Position numbers and translations under genes: made by a program
Notes under the pieces: model-generated
Databases searched by the model: none
What the model was told of the DNA's origin: nothing
What the model saw: only the letters and a program-made list of their open reading frames with translations
Part shown: piece by piece, positions 26,849 through 28,662 of the stretch
Layout of the letters: each line of letters starts with the position of its first letter
How positions within the stretch are numbered: the first letter of the stretch is position 1
Virus record (IMG/VR): IMGVR_UViG_3300020595_000145
Span: 1-28,662 of that record
DNA length: 28,662 nt
Source of the DNA: a virus
Taxonomy: Duplodnaviria; Caudoviricetes
Reading direction: 5' to 3' (one strand)

Positions 26849-28662
26849 TTATTTAACTTGGTACTCAACTTCTATTGGTCCATCTGCTTTTCTTTCTGCA
26901 TGAACTATGTAGTAAGCATTAACTTCTCCACATTGACATCCTACAGTAATTGATGCAGTTGTAACAGTATCTACATAATGAGTACATGGACTTCCTACGG
27001 GAGTTAATTGGACTGATATACTGTCTTCGTATACTAACCCGCTCCAGTAATCTGGGAGTTCAATTGTGTTACTTCCGCTGAGATGACCTCTAACATAAAC
27101 ACCTCTTTCAGGACCCTCCATTACAGAGTGACGAAGTCTCCATCCTTCTTTTGTTGGGTGTGGTATATCAAACTGTTTTTCTTCAGCTGTAAATACACCT
27201 GAAACATTAAAGGTATTTCCATCCCAAGTAAGTCCAGCATCACTAGTAACAGTATTAGCATCTGACCAATAAGTTATACGAGTAGCAGCACCTGAACCAT
27301 CTACTAGACTAGAACCCCAAACACGAGAATCAATCTCATCTGTTTTTAGGAAACCATCTGCATCTTTTATTACTACAGAGTTATCAACACCTGTAGTTAA
27401 ATTGGCTTTTACTGTATTAGCAATAATTTCCCAAGGATTAGTAGTATCACCTAAGGTATTTCCTGAAGCTTCTGAAATTATATCCCCATCTATTTTCCCT
27501 TGGAATTGGATGGTATCAGTTGCTGCATTACCCAATATAGTATTACCTGTTACAGTTAAACCCCCAGTTACAGTTAGTGTACTACCATTAAATACTAAAT
27601 TAGCTTCTGCATTAGCTGCACCTTGAACCCCAGTTGAAGTTAATACTCTATTATTACCTAAATTAGTTATAGTAGCTGTACCTGAAGTACCTGAGCTACC
27701 TGATGAACCTGAAGTACCTGATGAGCCTGATGAACCACTTGAACCTGATGTACCTGAGCTGCCTGAACTACCTGATGAGCCTGAGCTACCACTTGTACCT
27801 GAAGTACCTGATGAGCCTGAACTGCCTGATGAACCTGAAGAACCACTTGATCCACTAGTACCTGATGAGCCTGATGAACCACTTGAACCTGATGTACCTG
27901 ATGTACCTGAGCTGCCTGAACTACCTGATGAGCCTGATGAGCCTGAACTACCTGAAGTACCTGATGAACCACTTGAACCTGATGAGCCTGATGTACCTGA
28001 GCTGCCTGAACTACCTGATGAGCCTGATGAGCCTGAACTACCTGATGAACCCGCAGCACCACCTACAGCAAAGTTAGAATAAAATTCTTCGTTATTTGAA
28101 GGTGTTGCACCTGTTCTAGTTACATTACTTAGAGAAAAAAGCCAATAAACTCCTTCGTCTCCTATAGCTGTGAAGCCATTTAATATTATTTTAGCTGTTG
28201 ATGTTTTTGAGGTAAAGGTAATAGTACCTGATAACTCCATATCTCCAAATAGAGAAGCAAAGTTTGTTGCAGGGGAGAATGCTTGTTCTGCAATTTCTAA
28301 ACTATCACCACTAGATATACTTCCCCAAGCTACATCAAACCCAAAGTATCCTGTACCTGGGAGGGAAAGTAGATTAGTTGTGTATTTCCAAGTTGCTACA
28401 CTATCGGGAGCACCTGAACTACCTGATGAGCCTGATGAACCACTAGAACCTGATGTACCTGATGAACCACTTGAACCCGAAGTGCCTGAAGAGCCTGAGC
28501 TACCGCTTGTACCTGAAGAACCTGAGCTACCTGATGTACCTGATGAGCCACTTGAACCTGAGGTTCCAGAAGTAGCTGCTGCTTCTTTTGTTTTTACTAC
28601 CCCATCGGAGTCTATTACTAATACAGTATCCTCGTTAGGTGCTGTAGGGAGAGTACCTGAGA
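26849..28662 (-). CDS. Tail fibre-like protein with Gly-Ser-Ser/Gly-Thr-Ser repeats and C-terminal intramolecular-chaperone-like domain (5'-truncated)
   Basis: The frame stays open upstream of the ORF-track Met at 28240 to the window edge (SGTLPTAPNEDTVLVIDSDGVVKTKEAAATSGTSGSSG...APDSVATWKYT...). The C-terminal 'KQFDIPHPTKEGWRLRHSVMEGPERGVYVRG...IELPDYW...VQLTP' is typical of phage fibre ends. Confidence 0.8.
   Translation of the reverse strand, partial: SGTLPTAPNEDTVLVIDSDGVVKTKEAAATSGTSGSSGSSGTSGSSGSSGTSGSSGSSGTSGSSGSSGTSGSSGSSGSSGSSGAPDSVATWKYTTNLLSLPGTGYFGFDVAWGSISSGDSLEIAEQAFSPATNFASLFGDMELSGTITFTSKTSTAKIILNGFTAIGDEGVYWLFSLSNVTRTGATPSNNEEFYSNFAVGGAAGSSGSSGSSGSSGSSGSSGTSGSSGSSGSSGTSGSSGSSGSSGSSGSSGTSGTSGSSGSSGSSGTSGSSGSSGSSGSSGSSGTSGTSGSSGSSGSSGSSGTSGSSGSSGSSGTSGSSGSSGTSGTATITNLGNNRVLTSTGVQGAANAEANLVFNGSTLTVTGGLTVTGNTILGNAATDTIQFQGKIDGDIISEASGNTLGDTTNPWEIIANTVKANLTTGVDNSVVIKDADGFLKTDEIDSRVWGSSLVDGSGAATRITYWSDANTVTSDAGLTWDGNTFNVSGVFTAEEKQFDIPHPTKEGWRLRHSVMEGPERGVYVRGHLSGSNTIELPDYWSGLVYEDSISVQLTPVGSPCTHYVDTVTTASITVGCQCGEVNAYYIVHAERKADGPIEVEYQVK
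27678..28052 (-). repeat. (Gly-Ser-Ser/Gly-Thr-Ser)n coding repeat, block 1
   Basis: 9-nt period (acctgatga / gcctgatga / acctgaagt on the + strand), about 125 aa. Confidence 0.9.
28410..28575 (-). repeat. (Gly-Ser-Ser/Gly-Thr-Ser)n coding repeat, block 2
   Basis: Same 9-nt period, in the same frame as block 1, about 55 aa. Confidence 0.85.

Noticed and set aside
24055-28077. Alternative-frame ORFs (24055-24399, 24601-24813, 24814-25005, 25570-25851, 26640-26840, 27402-27626, 27667-28062, 27865-28077)
   Set aside because: Shadow frames of repetitive or low-complexity coding sequence (VL-rich and VQ-rich translations), nested in or overlapping the real genes.
28238-28240. ORF-track start codon for the 463 aa protein
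   Set aside because: The frame is open for about 140 more codons to the window edge and includes a second GSS repeat block, so the true start lies outside the window.
20565-28575. Dense short repeats suggestive of a CRISPR array or satellite
   Set aside because: The period is 9 nt, in frame with long ORFs and degenerate at third codon positions; there are no unique spacers and no cas genes.
1-28662. Stop-codon reassignment, diversity-generating retroelement, tRNA genes
   Set aside because: Genes are full-length in the standard code, with TAA, TAG (12406) and TGA (15694) all used as stops. I see no reverse transcriptase or adenine-specific TR/VR pair, and no intergenic space or cloverleaf for tRNAs.

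Overview
AT-rich segment of a tailed (myovirus-like, contractile-tail) bacteriophage genome with every real gene on the minus strand. Missing Shine-Dalgarno motifs and A-rich leaders suggest a Bacteroidota host (inference). In transcription order (right to left) it holds: a 5'-truncated fibre protein with Gly-Ser-Ser repeats and a C-terminal chaperone-like domain; two very long, paralogous collagen-like (Gly-Pro-Y) proteins, one carrying PA14 and LamG-like domains; a tightly packed block of protein-modifying enzymes; a tail module (sheath, tube, a probably frameshifted chaperone pair, tape measure, baseplate proteins, and a hub with an M15 peptidase); and the start of an unusually compact family A DNA polymerase-like gene. 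The standout is the enzyme block. It contains a GT4 + COLGALT-like GT25 + PLOD-like lysyl hydroxylase fusion, a second 2OG-Fe(II) oxygenase, two paralogous putative glycosyltransferases and a GT4 + Aah/TibC-type O-heptosyltransferase fusion, all next to collagens rich in Gly-Pro-Lys-Gly. This looks like a phage-encoded, animal-style pathway for hydroxylating and glycosylating collagen on virion fibres. All family calls come from motif recognition by eye, not from database searches.
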